Shown here: one piece after another, positions 28,190 through 41,786 of the stretch
How positions within the stretch are numbered: the first letter of the stretch is position 1
Layout of the letters: each line of letters begins with the position of its first letter
DNA from: the human T2T-CHM13v2.0 reference genome, Homo sapiens
NCBI RefSeq assembly: GCF_009914755.1
Contig: NC_060929.1
Reading direction: 5' to 3' (one strand)
DNA length: 64,000 nt
Translations under genes and position numbers: made by a program
The notes under the pieces: generated by a model
What the model was told of the DNA's origin: nothing
Seen by the model: only the letters and a program-made list of their open reading frames with translations
Databases searched by the model: none

Positions 28190-28800
28190 GTGAGAGGAGC
28201 ATTCACAGAACTTGCCCTCATAAGCTTAGGGTTGAGTGAAAGAGACAGTGAGGAATTCCATAAATATGCAGGGTAATCTGAGCTGAGTGCCTTGAAGGAT
28301 GAGTTCCAGGCCTTTGCAAGGGGCTGACCTAGGAACCTGCTGTGGTTTGGGTACATCAGGAAAGGCTTTGTAAGGAGTTGAATTGGCACTGGGATCTGAA
28401 GGATGAGCAGGAGTTAACTGGGAGGAATTGTATGGAGGCTTTGGGATGTCAACCAATCCAGGTAGAAGGACGAGCACGGGCAGAGAACCTGAGGCTGAAG
28501 GAGACATCCTGGGGCCTTTGAACACCAGAAATAAGATAGTAAGGGAGGGAGCATCGTTGAGGGAGGGGGCAAGACAAGGCTGAAGAGGGAACAGAGACTG
28601 ACTGTGCACACCTTGCCATATGACCTTTCTTCCAAGAGCCAGGGGAAGCCATTGAAGGGTTTAAATTTAAGCAGGAGAGTGGAAGAGTGACAAGATGCAA
28701 TGTACTGCTGCTTTTAAAGACTGCTCGAACTGCTACAAACAGACTAGACTACAGAGGGGCGAGCCCTAGCCAGTGCAGTAGGCCGTGGAGTGCAGTGCTC
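28190..28800. mobile_element. L2 fragment
   Basis: gccctcataagctta, gatctgaaggatgagcaggagtt, ggggaagccattgaagggttt...aagcaggagagtg motifs. Confidence 0.6.
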
Positions 28801-28886
28801 CAGACCAGGCTCAGCAGAGGCTGCCAGCAGGCTGTATTCCTGCCATGTCACTGTCACAGTGCCAGTGTGTGAGAATCTTACTGCTC

Positions 28887-29326
28887 CTATCTTAGTTTCC
28901 TAGGGCTGCTGTAACAGAGAACCAAAAACTGGATGGCTTAAAACAGAAGTTCATTCTCTCACAGTTCTGGAGCCTCCAAGTCCAAAATCAGTGCCATGCT
29001 GTCTCTGAAGTCCTCGGGAGGATTCCATGCCTGTTCCCAGCTTCTGGTATTGCTGGCAAGCCTTGGCATTCCTTGGCTCATAGACTCACTACTCCAGTCT
29101 CTGCCTCCATCATCACACAGTATCCTCTCTGTGTGTCTGGGTCCAGATTTCTCTCTTCTTAAAAATATACCAGCCATTGGATGAGTGCCCACCCTAATCC
29201 AGTATGACCCCGTCTTAACATAACTACATCTGCAAAGACCCTGTTTCCAAATAAAGCCACATTCACAACAACCAGGGGTTAGGACTTCAATATGTCTTTT
29301 TGGGGGACATGATTCAAGCCACAACA
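28887..29326 (-). mobile_element. MLT1B/C-type solo LTR
   Basis: ttagtttcctagggctgctgtaaca...ggcttaaaacaga...acatctgcaaagaccctgtttccaaataa...gattcaagccacaaca. Confidence 0.85.
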
Positions 29327-29458
29327 ACTCCTCCTTATGCCACAGTCCACCCGGTAGAACCATCATCAGAGTCCTAAGAACCCTTCAGACCAGACAGGAG
29401 GGAGAGGCTCCACTTTAAGACAGGAATCAAGAGAGCCAGAGGCCCCAGACACACCACA

Positions 29459-29517
29459 GTGTGTGTGTGTGTGTGTGTGTGTGTACACACACACACACAC
29501 ACACGTGTGCACACACT
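29459..29517. repeat. (GT)13(AC)10 compound palindromic microsatellite
   Basis: Read directly from the sequence. Confidence 0.95.
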
Positions 29518-30369
29518 CAGGGCAGCATGTAGAGAGAGGACTGTGGGAAGCGTGGGCCCTGAGTTCTGGCCTCACTCAGACCTCACCAGCTGAGAGAGTT
29601 GGGGCAAGGCTTTCCCTAGGTCTCAGTTTTCTCTCCAGTAATATCAGAAGTGATGTTACCTGCCTGCCCCATTCTCCTCGCATTGGCTCTGAGGAGTCCT
29701 TGGGATAATCAAGTATTTCCTGAGAAGTTACTGCCTGCCCAACACTGAGATAACTTACTGGGAGTGTTCTTGGCAGAGGAACAAGAGTTACACAAGTTGA
29801 AGTTGTTACATCCTTCTCCGTTAATCCCCTGGGCTCTTCTCTTACAGCTTGGTGGTTACAAGTACAGACTCCATTCGCTTCCAAATCATCCCGTGGGCAG
29901 GGACAGAGATGAAACAAGAGACATAAAGCTAAAGGATGGGTCTATGGAAGGTTCATCATTCTATTCTACTTTTTAAATATATGTTTGCAGTGATTCTTAA
30001 TGTTTAAAGTTTAACAAAGAAAACTACAGACTCTGGAGCCAGATTGCCTGGGTTTTAATCCAATACCTGCCACTTACTGTGTGGAGCTTGGAAAAGTTAC
30101 TTAACCTCTCTGTGCCCTCAGTTTCCTCATCAGCAAAATGAGGGTACTAATTAGTGACTAGCATCATAGAGGTTTTGTGAATATTAAAGGATTAAACAGG
30201 TGTAAAGCTTCTGGGGCTGTGGTTCGAGTGAGTACTAAAAAACGTGTTAGCCATTGTTTGGAGAAAGTGGGCACCGAAGAACTACATGTTGCTGTGCTGA
30301 AGTAATCACTGTGAGCTTCATGGAATCATGCATTCAGCTTTGGAGATCTTCTAAGTCATGCCTGCTACT

Positions 30370-30770
30370 TGGAATCTGAGTTTGAGTTTTCTGAAGCAGA
30401 TCCTGGGACAGTGCAAATAGTTTATTTGGGAGGAGATGCCAGGAAATATCAGCAAGAAAGTACATAAGTAAGAACAGAAAGAGGGGCCACCAGGAAGAGT
30501 GCCTGTGACAGGCAGCACTGCAGGACAGGCAGCACTGCGGGCGGCTATGCATGGTCCACTGAGAATTCTGGGAGCCAGCATGGAGCATGTGCTCAGTGTC
30601 ATCCCACCTGAGGGGTGAGGGAGCTCCGGGGGTTGTTGGCCGAGGTCCGACACATGGACCTCGGCAGCCCCTGGGGCAGAATGGCAGATGCTGGCAGGTT
30701 GCAGGCAGGCAGGCATGAGACCAAATGCTGAGAGGGGGTATGGGTGGGGCACCAGATGTGTGTGCCACAG
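30370..30770. mobile_element. Degenerate MLT1-type LTR
   Basis: gaagcagatcctggga...agtttatttgggaggagatgccagg...ctcagtgtcatcccacctgagggg. Confidence 0.6.
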
Positions 30771-32424
30771 AATCCATCTGTCAGCTCTGATAAGTGCTCA
30801 TCTAACACCTGTGTAATGCCTTACAATGATGGGCTTTCCCACCTTCAGAATCAGCCTCGGTGTCTATTGGATGGCTCTGAGTCATTATTAAATTAGGGGT
30901 AATAAGGATAAAAACAGTTCTGTGCTGTTTACAATCAGGGCAGCCCCTAGAATAGGGGTGATGAGTATGTGGCATTAGGGATGCTGTGTCAGACGCTGAG
31001 GCATCTCTTCTCAGTCCTGACACTTTCATACTGAGCCAGGATACAGCCTCAGAATCTTTCTTAACAGAGCTTTAGGTGTCCCTTCCAAACCCATCAGTGT
31101 AGGCACTTTGGTGAAGGCAGGTTGTCAGCCCTGCCTTAGGGCTTATGAAGCTGGCGTAAATCTGAGGCTGGAAAAAGCTCTGAGCTAGGTTATAATCATG
31201 CTGTGTCAAGGACCCACTGTTTGATTCTAGGTACATTTAACTTCTCTGGCTCTCCCTGCTCTTCTCTGGGTAGAATGAAGGGACTAACTAAAGCGAGGCA
31301 GACATGAAGTTTGGTGCAGTAGCAAGAGCCTGCTCTTTTACAATCAAGCAGGGTGAATCTTAGACCTTGGCATCATCATTTATAAACTATGTTCCTTGAG
31401 CAGCTCGTATCATCCACTCTGAGCCTCGGCATCTCCTTCTATAGTAGCCAGTTTGTGGTGGTGGTGTGGGTGTCAGAGATAATATAGATGAAATAGGGAG
31501 CTTCGCATGCAAGCAGGGGCTCTATAATTGTTCCCTATAATTGTCATCATAATCATCATCATCTTCATTTAAAGTCCCCCCCAGCTCTAAAACTCTATGC
31601 CTTTATGAAATGTCCTCATCTAGGAAGATGGTGTGGTAAAATAGGGCAACGGCCCGATTTTGTGTAAATGTGCTGTCTAATAAGGACAAGAGAAGCATAA
31701 TTGCCCCTAAATAATTGCTCTGACTTTACCACAAGCTGTCAGAAGGCCTTAATTGGTCACTCTGTAATGACTGTGGCCATCTGCATTCGGGGTGATTTAG
31801 CGATGGGGCTTTGCCCAAGCAGGGGCCTCAATGATTAGAGCCGGCCAGGGTGATATTTATCCCTCTGATGGGAGTAGTGGTGTGTGGTACAGGAGATTAT
31901 CTCATTCTCGTTGTAATGACCTATCAGTTGAACCCAGCCAAGAAGAAGCGGTGGTCACAAACAATGACTATGGATTTTTTTCTTTTTTCGAACATAGTGT
32001 TCCTGACCAAACAGCAGCATATTTGGAGTGTGATCATGCCTCTTGCTTTCTTGTCTTGTTGCCCAAGAAAGTCTCTTTTGGAAAGATTTAGTCCCTCAAT
32101 TAGGGCAAATTGATTTCTGCTTTCTACAGAGTCACTGTACCAAAGAGAAGTGGGAAAGGGCGAGGGAAGCCATATTAATCTTTGTGCACAAGCAAGAAAA
32201 GACCTGGAGCATTTTTTAGCCTTCTAGCCTCTGGTTGTATGTATGTAGATCATCTTTTCTCTGTATTCTAATTTCTCCTGCCTACAAGATGCCAGACAAC
32301 ATAACACGAAACACACTTCATCTCAATGAAGTTCCTGGTGACAAAAATCAAAGTGATGGAAGCAGTGTTTCCCTAAGTGTACCAGCACAAAAGTCATTTT
32401 TTTCACTCATTCATTCATTCATTC

Positions 32425-32563
32425 ATTGAGACAGGTTCTTGCTCTGTCATCCAGGCTGGAGTGCAGTGGCTCGATCATGGCTCACTGCAGCCTCAACCCG
32501 GTTCAAGCGATCCCCCCACCTCAGCCTCCTGAAGTGCTGGGATTATAGGCACAGTGCCTGGCC
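32425..32563 (-). mobile_element. Alu monomer (FLAM/FRAM-like) with a (TTCA)n tail
   Basis: gagacagg...caggctggagtgcagtgg...gctgggattataggc. Confidence 0.8.
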
Positions 32564-33439
32564 CAGAAGTGAGTTTAAGTCACACCTAAAATATTACAGG
32601 TGGTTCAGAGACTTTGCATTAAAAGTAACACTGGATAACGTGGAGGGAAAGCCTTCTCTTTTCAATTCTTTTTCATTCTTCTGATCACCTCAAATGAGGA
32701 GCCTTGGTTGGTTTTCCACAGCTCCCTCCTTGATGAAGAGAGGGCAGACTTTAAGCTCATAGTTGTGGAGAGGCAGGAGTATCTGGTAGAAATCTAAAAT
32801 CTTACAACAAATTCTTATTTGTTGGAGATTTTTAATTATTAGCTCTTTATTAGAAATGATACCAATTTTTCATCTATGGTGTTTAAAGTTTCCTTTTAAA
32901 ATAAAGTTAATAAAAAGTTTACCTTGTAAAATTTAGTTGACTTTTAAAACAACTAAGTAAATTGTAGTAAAGTAGATGAATGTGGCAAAAATCTAGATGG
33001 TAGTATATGATTGTCAGAAACTGGGGAAACACAGCTAGAAGAAGGAAACCATCATGTTTCCACAGCAAACCCAGGAATTTACTGGCCGTATGTCTAATCC
33101 TTATGCCTTTTCTTTTTCTTACCAGTTACACTGGCTAGGAATTCTAGTACAATATTGAATAGATGTTGTGAAAGCATACAGCTTTTCTCCTGATCAGAGG
33201 AGGAAAGCATTCCACATTTCGTCATTAAATATGATGTATGCTGTAGGTTTCTTTTGCAGCCATCCTAGAGTCTTCATAAAGGACCCCAAGCCTGATTAAA
33301 ATCAAGAGACACCAACATTGAGGCTGAGACTTTTAGGAGAAAGAGACTGTCTTTGATATTTATTCAAAACAATTTATCCAGACTTGGGGCAGAAATCCAG
33401 CCCACATTAGGATAAGCAAGGAGAGGAATTTGCTGTCTT

Positions 33440-33945
33440 GTGTAATAAGAGCATCTAGGAGTCTGTCTGCTTCAGGCACGTGAGTCTAGGGAACTGAAAT
33501 GTCATCAGGACAATGTTTCTCTCTCTATCCATGTCTTGACTCGTATTTTTACAGGTTGGCTTCAGTCTCAGCATATTCACCTACCACCTCTCATCACCTC
33601 ATTTCACCAAAGATGTCACGAGTGGCTCCAAACTTAGGGCCAACCAGCTAGCAAAAGGAAAGGGCCTCATTTTTCAATAATGCTGCAGAATATTCTCAGG
33701 ACCCATTATTTGAGCCAAATAAGGTCACATGACCATCCCTGAAACAATCACTGTGGCCAAGGGAATGGAATGCCCTGACTGGTCAGGCCTATACTACATG
33801 TTGGACCCAGGGAATGGGGTCAGCCCCACCAAAGTCTGATGGACTGAGAAGGGAAGGGGCAGTGTCCCAGATAAAAATAAAAATATTGTTACCAGAAGAT
33901 GAGGGAATGGTTCCCAGTCAGGCATAAACCACAAATGTTCACACC
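33440..33945. mobile_element. MLT1J/K-type LTR
   Basis: gcttcaggcac...ggtcacatgaccatccctgaaacaatcactgtggccaagggaatggaatgccctgactggtcaggcct. Confidence 0.65.
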
Positions 33946-34197
33946 CTTGGACAGAAGATCTCTCTCTGTTCCAGGTCGTGGCACCTTCACTGGACCTCTT
34001 TAAGCCTTAATTTCTCCATCTGTAGTACACAGGTGATGAGAACACTGCCCTTCTTCTCCCTGTCTGAAAGGTCTAGTGAGGCAGTGTACAGGAAAGCTGT
34101 GTCTAGACTGTGAAGTGCAGTTCACATGTAAGGGAGGAGTCATAAGGATGACTACTAAGCAACTGTTCTCACTCTTCTGTCCTCTTCTGTCTCATAG

Positions 34198-34383
34198 AGC
34201 ACCTGAAGAAGCCTCTTGAAGACTACATGGCCCTTTTCCCCAGTGTGAGGATTCTTCGAACCAAGAAACGGGAAGGGCTGATAAGGACCCGAATGCTGGG
34301 GGCCTCAGTGGCAACTGGGGATGTCATCACATTCTTGGATTCACACTGTGAAGCCAATGTCAACTGGCTTCCCCCCTTGCTTG
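34198..34383 (+). CDS. GALNT10: GALNT10 internal coding exon (probably exon 5, 186 bp): (E)[61 protein letters not shown](D)
   Basis: Polypyrimidine tract and ...ctcatag acceptor at 34197; donor G|gtaagg at 34384; REGLIR and FLDSHCE (DxH) motifs typical of ppGalNAc-transferases; phase 1 end joins the next exon to form GAC (Asp). Confidence 0.97.
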
Positions 34384-35359
34384 GTAAGGGAGCCCCTCCC
34401 ACTTGGAGGGAGGCAAACTGCAATGAGCCAGTGCCAGTGGCCCCCTCCTGCTGCAGGGAGCCATCCATAAGCCTTCCCTTGCCTGTTCGAGATGCCCCCA
34501 GCACAATGCCAGGTGCCATGAGGGATTCAGAAGTTCAGGAGTGCTCAAAATTAAAATCCAGCCAGTCCTGTCCCTTCATTTCACAGAGAAGTTAAGACTC
34601 AGAGAGGCGAAGTGACTTACCCAAAGTCACACAGCACATGAGCATCTAGTGACATGACGGCTTTCCTCAGATGACTTCATTTTATTGCAAAGCAAGCCCG
34701 TGCTGTTTGCTGTTAATAGCCAAACTGTGGGGGACATCATCATATCAACTTAGAAGAGTTACCATAGACTGTGCTGCCACTGTGAGCCAGGCAGTTATAA
34801 GCATTATCTAATTCTCACAAAACCATGCAGGTCAAAAGTATACCCCTTATGTAGTAAAACAAACTAAGATTCTGAGATACTGAAGACTCACTTGTCCCCT
34901 TGAGCCATAAGTGTCAAAGTCACCATCTGTCGGGCTCCAAAGTCTATTCTCCTTCGCAGTTCTACATTGCCTCCCTGTATTCACTTCCTTTTAAATAAGA
35001 GTTCCTGGCAGATATCAGGGAAGGGCTGTAGAGAGGGCAGCGTGATCCACTAGCCCTCCACCACAGCCTACAGAGAGGAGGGAGATGGGAAGACTGGAGG
35101 CTGGGTGAAACATGCCTGAATCAGGCCTGAATCTTGAGGAGTTCGGTTTTGATGAGGGCAGTGTGCTGGTGCTGAGAGGCAGACATGGAAGAGGAACTGT
35201 CCTGTTGAGACTGGGAGTCAGGTGAGGGACACAGCCAGGGCTGGAGGCAGACTGGGGAAGAGTCATCATTCTGGAGAGAAAAATGAACTTAAGAAAGGAT
35301 GGGTAAGCTCTGCACTACAGAATGCTTAGGGAGCAAAGAGAACTGAAGTTTAGGGCAAA

Positions 35360-35530
35360 CTTGAGTGTGCATCAGAATCACCTGAAAGACTGTGAAAACA
35401 CAGATGCTGGCCCCTATCCACAATTTCTGATCCAGGAGGCCCGGGGTGGAGCCTCACAAGTTGCATGTCTACCCAGCTTCCAGTGATGCCAGTGTTGCTG
35501 GTCCAGGGACCACACTTTGAGAAGCACTGG
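35360..35530. mobile_element. MER5A
   Basis: gtgcatcagaatcacctg...cagggaccacactttgagaagcactg. Confidence 0.85.
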
Positions 35531-36238
35531 TTAGGGAATGCCACCATTCAGGGGAGAGGACAGAAAGCAGAACCCACACAAACACACAGAAAGATAATCC
35601 CGCAAATCTGTAACACAGATCAGCAAGGAACTTTCTTATTAGATTCTGTGCTTCTGACCCCAAGGGTCTACGATCTCACTGGGCTGGAGAAAGGATATAA
35701 CCCAGAATTTCTGGTAAACTGTTTATTTAATTAAACCAAGAGATATTCTGCATTTACCTCTCATTACTGAAAGAAAAAAAAAAAGAAAAAAGCCTCACCA
35801 TAAATTGCCTAATTTATAGTCCTGAAGGAACAACCCATTTGTAGGGTCATTCAGTGACTCATAAAGAGAATGAAGTGGTGGGGCTCGAAGCTGAGCTTGT
35901 AGTCTAAATAGCCCTTAACTCTGTTTCTATGGAAATATATGAGGGCAGTTTTCATAATCTGCAGACATACATGGAAGAAACATCCCCTTGTTGGTTTTTG
36001 TTGTTGTTGTTTTGTTTTTTGCTTCTTCCAATAGAAATGTGAACCAGTGATGTAGATTTAAAAGTCTGTCCCTGCTAATGTCAGCAGCTGACAGAGCGCA
36101 TCATGGCTTTTGTCTGTGAAACCATTAACACCTCCATGCATAGCTCACTCTGCCTCCTTTGGAGAACACACATTTCTGAGACTGAGAAGGATTCATCCTC
36201 CCTATGGGAAGCCACTGTTGATCATCATTTCCTTTTTT

Positions 36239-36276
<38 letters not shown>

Positions 36277-36281
36277 TATCA
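36239..36281. repeat. (CAT)n trinucleotide microsatellite, about 12 units
   Basis: Read directly from the sequence. Confidence 0.95.
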
Positions 36282-38380
36282 CGGCTCTCATAACCCCTTC
36301 ACTTTCTCAGCCACATTAACATTTGAATTTGACCATTGCCTGGTAAGGCAGGCAGACCAGGCATCATTATCCACTTTTTGCAAACGAGAAAACTGAGAGG
36401 CACAGAGTGAGGGAGATGCTCAGCCTTCCACTCCCACTTCTGAGCTGCCCTCAGTAATCCTGGTCATGGAGAGTGTCGCTGAGTGCTGACTATGTGCCAG
36501 AGGCTGCACTGAGTGCCGTGGCTCCATCATCCCACTTGGACCTCACAGAGGCCCCATGAGATAGGTGCTGTCTTCCTCCCCTTTGTCAGCAAGGAAACAG
36601 AGGCTCAGAGACATCAGATAGTCTTATCGAAGATTATACTGCTAAGAGGTGAAAAAACCAACCAGGATTTGAACCTGGGCATTCTGTCCCCAGGTGGGCA
36701 CAGTGCCTTAGAACACTGCCTTCCGAAGCTACCTTGACCTCATGCCTCCCACAATCAGCCAGCAGCCAGCAGGGCACTGTGTCCTCAGCCCCAGCCCTCC
36801 TTGGACATGAAGTCCGCTGAACGGCCATGAACAATTAAATGGGAGGCCCTACTCTAAATCTTTCTCTAGAGGAGATTCTTAAGCTTCATTAAGAATCCCC
36901 AGGGAATCTGTCCACAAGGCAAATCCAAGTCAACCTCCAGAGATTCTGATTCAATGGGCCTGGGTCGGGGGCGGGCACGTGAGTTTTTTAAACACACCCC
37001 CAGGTGCATCTGGCACTGATGGCCCCTGATCCACATGTGGGGGTATACTGCCAAAAACAGTATTTCTCAAACTCTTTAAACCATGTGCCCCAGTAAGAAC
37101 TACCTTGGGCATCTCAATCCAGTACACAGATGAACACACTCATGCAGTATGACTGAAACATGTTCCTGAAAGAGTATCACCTGTCACAGTATCCCTTATC
37201 ACCTGAAATGCAGCCTGATATTTAGTATTGTTTTTTGGTTCATTACAAATGCACTTACAATCAATTTCATGACCCCACCTATGGACCGTGCCTTGCAGTT
37301 TAGGAAAAAGCAAAAATGCTGTTTTCTTTCCTGGAAGAAAAATGTGCTATCACTTGATGAAGGAAGCTTGGGCCCCAGGCAGCTGCTGGCTGCCCTGGCC
37401 CTACCAGGCTCCCATTTCTGAGCCTCGAATTTGACTTCTGGCCCAAAGCAACCAGGCATTGAGCACAGCCCACTTGTCTCCCACAGCAGATTGTCTGACC
37501 CAGTAGCTCACTGTTACCCCCCAGCTGTGGTCAGGGCTTCTTGGCACAAAGAAGAAGGGCAGAGCAAACCAAAGCTGGAATTGTGTTGGTAGGTTGGACA
37601 GACTCGATTTTCTAGAATCAGCTTCTCCCAGGCCTAAAAGGGACCATAAGCCATCTAAGTCAAGACCCCCCATTTGCCTTTGGAATCACCCAGCCTATGG
37701 CATCCCTGCAGGGTGTTGGTCCACCAGGCTCTGCTTACATACCTCCAGTCTTGAGGAACTCAAACTTCCTGGGGCAGTTCATTCCCCCATCCATAGTTCC
37801 GATGATTGAAAGAGTTGAGCTGAATTCTTGCAAGGAGGGCCGTTTGCTCACTGATTACAGCCTAGGGTGCCAGTGAGCTGTTAGGGGCACATAGTCTGCT
37901 ATGAAGGAAAGTGCTGGGGTGCCTACTGCTTTGGGCCGTAAATCAAGCTCAGGACTTGGAATGAGGAGCCTCGCAGGACTAGAGCAGGGGCCTTCCCAGA
38001 AGGAAATCAATCTTTTTCCATAGTGGTACTGATCATTATGCTAATAATAAGGCACGTATGCTAAGCATTTTCAAACATACTGTGTTCAGTCCTCATAACC
38101 TATGAGGCAGAGCCTCTTCTTAACCCATTGCATAGAGGAGAACACTGGGGTTTGGAGATATTATTTGTGCAGCTGCCTCAGGGCCCCATGGAGAGTAAAA
38201 GGACTGAGATGAGAGCCTCGGTCCCTCTTGCTTAAAGCTTGCAGTCTCCCTTCCCCTCCATGGATTGTCAAACTGAGGGTTCAGAGATGTTAAAAATACA
38301 AGTAAGCTGCAGAACAGGATGGTGCACTTAGCTGCTTCCCCATCCTGCTTCATCTGATAGGCATCTCTTGGCTTCTTCAG

Positions 38381-38564
38381 ACCGCATTGCTCGGAACCGC
38401 AAGACCATTGTGTGCCCGATGATTGATGTAATTGACCATGACGACTTTCGGTACGAGACACAGGCAGGGGATGCCATGCGGGGAGCCTTTGACTGGGAGA
38501 TGTACTACAAGCGGATCCCGATCCCTCCAGAACTGCAGAAAGCTGACCCCAGCGACCCATTTGA
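38381..38564 (+). CDS. GALNT10: GALNT10 internal coding exon (probably exon 6, 184 bp): [60 protein letters not shown](E)
   Basis: ttcttcag acceptor, GA|gtaagt donor; VCPMIDVID and RGAFDW motifs; frame continuous with the flanking exons. Confidence 0.97.
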
Positions 38565-39442
38565 GTAAGTATGAACAACCCTGGCTGGTCCCAGTGGCTA
38601 CCCAGTGACCACTCCCAACACGCACACAACTCAGGATCGCCATCTCCCTTAAAAGCCCAATGCAGAGGGTCCAGCTTCCCAGCCCCACTTAGTACCAAGT
38701 GTCAGATATCCCCAGCCAGTAGCACCATCCCTCCCAGCTTGTAACAACCTCAGCTCATGGCCCACCAGGCTGGTCTCCACCTTGCCCACTTCTGCACAGT
38801 TTGCCAGGATTGTCAGCAGGGGTGAGTGGGTCTCTCATGCTCTCTTCCTCAAGCCTGCCATGCAATTATAACCATCATCGTCACCAAGTGCCCAGCCCAG
38901 TACTAAGCACATTACCCTCTGATCCAATTTAACCCCCTACAACTATATATGGTAAAAATTATTATCCATGTTTTCCAAATGGGGACACCAATGCTCCAAG
39001 AGGCTAAGTAATTTGCCCAGGTTACTAGGTACAAATGCAGGTCTGTCTGTCTGCCTCTGGAGCCAATTTTCCCATCGTACTGCTATACCCACTTGGAAGT
39101 GTAAGGAAAATAGCAGTTTGTCCCACAGCAGAAGTTTGCAGGCTAGGGGAGGGTGATGGGCTGGACTCACAGCATCCTAGAATGTGAAGGCTGGAAGGAA
39201 CCTACCAGTGAAGAACTCAGCCCCTTGCAGATGAGGGACTAAGGCTCCAGAAGGAGGAGCTCTGTGAGTGGCTAAGACAGAAATAGAGCCCAGCCCCTCT
39301 CTGGTGCTCCAAGCTCTGGAAGGGGCTTCTCCCCAACAGTAGGCTCACTGTCCCTGCAGCTGTCCTGTGAGCTGTTCCAGTTCTCCTGCGACACGTGTGG
39401 AAAAGATCTCTGGATACAAAGCCGAAGCCCAAGCTCTCCCGC

Positions 39443-39985
39443 TGTATTAGTTTCCTATAGCTGCTGTGATAAATTACTATAAACTTAGAAGGTTAAAACA
39501 ACACAAATTTATGCTTAAAACTCTGGAGGTCGGAAGCCTGAAATGAGTCTTACTGGGCTAAAATCATAGTGTCGGCAGGGCTGCATTCCCTCTGGATGCC
39601 TTGGGAAGAATCCATTTCCCTACCTTTCCTGGCTTCTAGAGGATGCTTACATTCCTTGGCTCATGGCCCCTGCCTCCAACTTTAAAGCCAGAAGGATAGA
39701 ATCTTCAGATCTCTGTTTCCTTCTCCTTGCTTTCCTTCATACCTCTGCTTCCTTCATCACATCTCCTTCTGACTCTGACTTTCCTGCCTCCTTCTTTCAC
39801 TTATAAGCCCTGTGATTACATTAATGATATGTGATTCCATCAGGCTCGCCAAGATAACCTCCCCACCACAAGATCCTTAACCTTAATCACATCTGCGAAG
39901 TCTCTTTTGCCACATAAGGTAACATATTCACAGGTTCCGGAGATTCAGACACTGCCATAACTGGGGAGTCGTACCTCTCACCACA
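39443..39985 (-). mobile_element. MLT1 (D/E-type) solo LTR
   Basis: tgtattagtttcctatagctgctg...aaacaacacaaattta...aatcacatctgcgaagtc...cacaggttcc. Confidence 0.85.
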
Positions 39986-41786
39986 GTTTGGCCTTCAGTG
40001 AACCACATTTCTCTATGCCTTACTCTCCCCATCTGAGAAGCAGGACTGTTGGAAGCTCAGCCATCTTCATGGGCATGGTGCATACCCAGGGCTCCTGAGA
40101 GGAACCCCTAACACTATGAGCCCCAGGGCAGGCTCAGAGGTAGAAAGAGTTGGGTTCTTTGAGGAAATGAAAGGTGGCCAGGACAATGGACCAGCCTGAG
40201 CCAAGAGTGGAGAGCAAGAATGGATTCCATGTCTCCAGCAGCAGGTCAAACATTTGTGGTCTTCTCTTGGCCTCTTGAACACAGTTGATCACTACTATTA
40301 GATCCCTTCCTGGTCCAAAGATATGATTTAGCCATGATCACATTATGCAGTCTGCCCCACCTTCTGTGTACCTCAGAATCAATCCTCAGTTGACCTAAAT
40401 CCTTGTAGAATAATACCAACACCAGGAGTAACTAACATTTGGCCTGTGTTGGCAAAGCAATTTCTACTGACCATTATTGTGCATGATCCTTATAATAATG
40501 TAGGATCCTCAGGTCTAGGTAGAATTACCCTCATTTGACTGATGGAGGCCTTGAGGTTCAGAGAGGAAACAAGACTTGTCCTAGTTGACATGACTGCAGA
40601 AGCTGAGGTTAGAATAGGCTGCTCCAGAAAATGGAATTTTCAGGGTAACCAAGGGGGTAATTAGAACCTCCTTTATTGTTTGAACCTTTGCAATGAGCAG
40701 ACTCATTGAAAGGTACTTAAGGACAGGTCTTGGCCCATCGTTATCCTCATTGCACAGTAAGGAAAGGCTAAGACCAGGTCATACAGCTGGCTAGTAGCAA
40801 AGGCCCAGCTAGTGTCTTCTGGGGCTTCAGTCTCCTCATCTGGATATTGAAGTGATTGGCCTCACCAGAGAGCACTGGCTCTTGACCCTAGCCACACATT
40901 GACATCACCTGGGGAGCTTGTAAAAACACAAAGGCTTCCCTCAAGAGCAGTTACACTGGAGTCTGGGGGTGGGATGCAGGTATCATCATTTTTTAAAGCT
41001 CCCAGGTGATGCTTATGTGTGGCCACGGTTGGCAGTCACTGGTGTAGATGCTTTCTGAAGGGCCCTCCATCCTCTCCCATGATTCCTTCCAGAAGTCTCT
41101 CTTCTGCTTTTTACTTGGACAGAACCCTAGGAAGTGGCCACTAGAGAAATTCTGTTCATTTTCTGTACAGCTTCCCACCTTCCCACTTGATGGTAGAGTG
41201 CCCAGCAAGTGGGCAATCTACAGGCACAGCATGGTGCAAGGATGTTTAAAAGACATGGTTTCAGTGGCAGACCCCACTTTCAGTAATAGCTTATCCACTC
41301 ACTATGAGCAGATTATTTAACATTTCTGATTTTCAAATATCTCCGTCTGTAAAGGAGACTAATATTAGAGCTTTGTGAGAGCTGGAGATGGTGTCAGTAA
41401 AGTAAGTAGCACACACTGGACACTCAGAATTGTTACTAGTATTGCCAAACACAGCAGAAACCAGAACAGGCTGGGCAGAGAGGCCTCTCTCTGGAGGCAA
41501 AGCCTCGAGCATCCCAAATGCCTTAGAGCTGATATCCTGCCTATTCCATGCAGCCCCTCAGCCCCGGCCCCTGCTTTGACCGAGGCTGATTTTCATGTGC
41601 AAAGCCTTGAGTTCAGTCTCCCATGAAGCACCAAGTCAGAAACACTGTCAGCCTTTCCAAGCGGTAGATTTGTGGCTCCAGCCAAAAAAAACCAGGACCC
41701 CCTCAATCTCCAGAAGACAAAGGGGAGCCAATACTAATAACACCTTATTTTCTTATAGTACTGGGTACTTTTAGAAATATTCTAGC

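Noticed and set aside
34191-34200. Tandem AG acceptor (tagAG)
   Set aside because: The second AG would shift the frame by 2 nt; only 34198 keeps the protein in frame.
36103-36396. Poly-His and poly-Ile ORFs
   Set aside because: Translations of the (CAT)n microsatellite.
38120-38698. Longest ORF (192 aa, minus strand)
   Set aside because: Antisense shadow of a GALNT10 exon; no recognisable domain.
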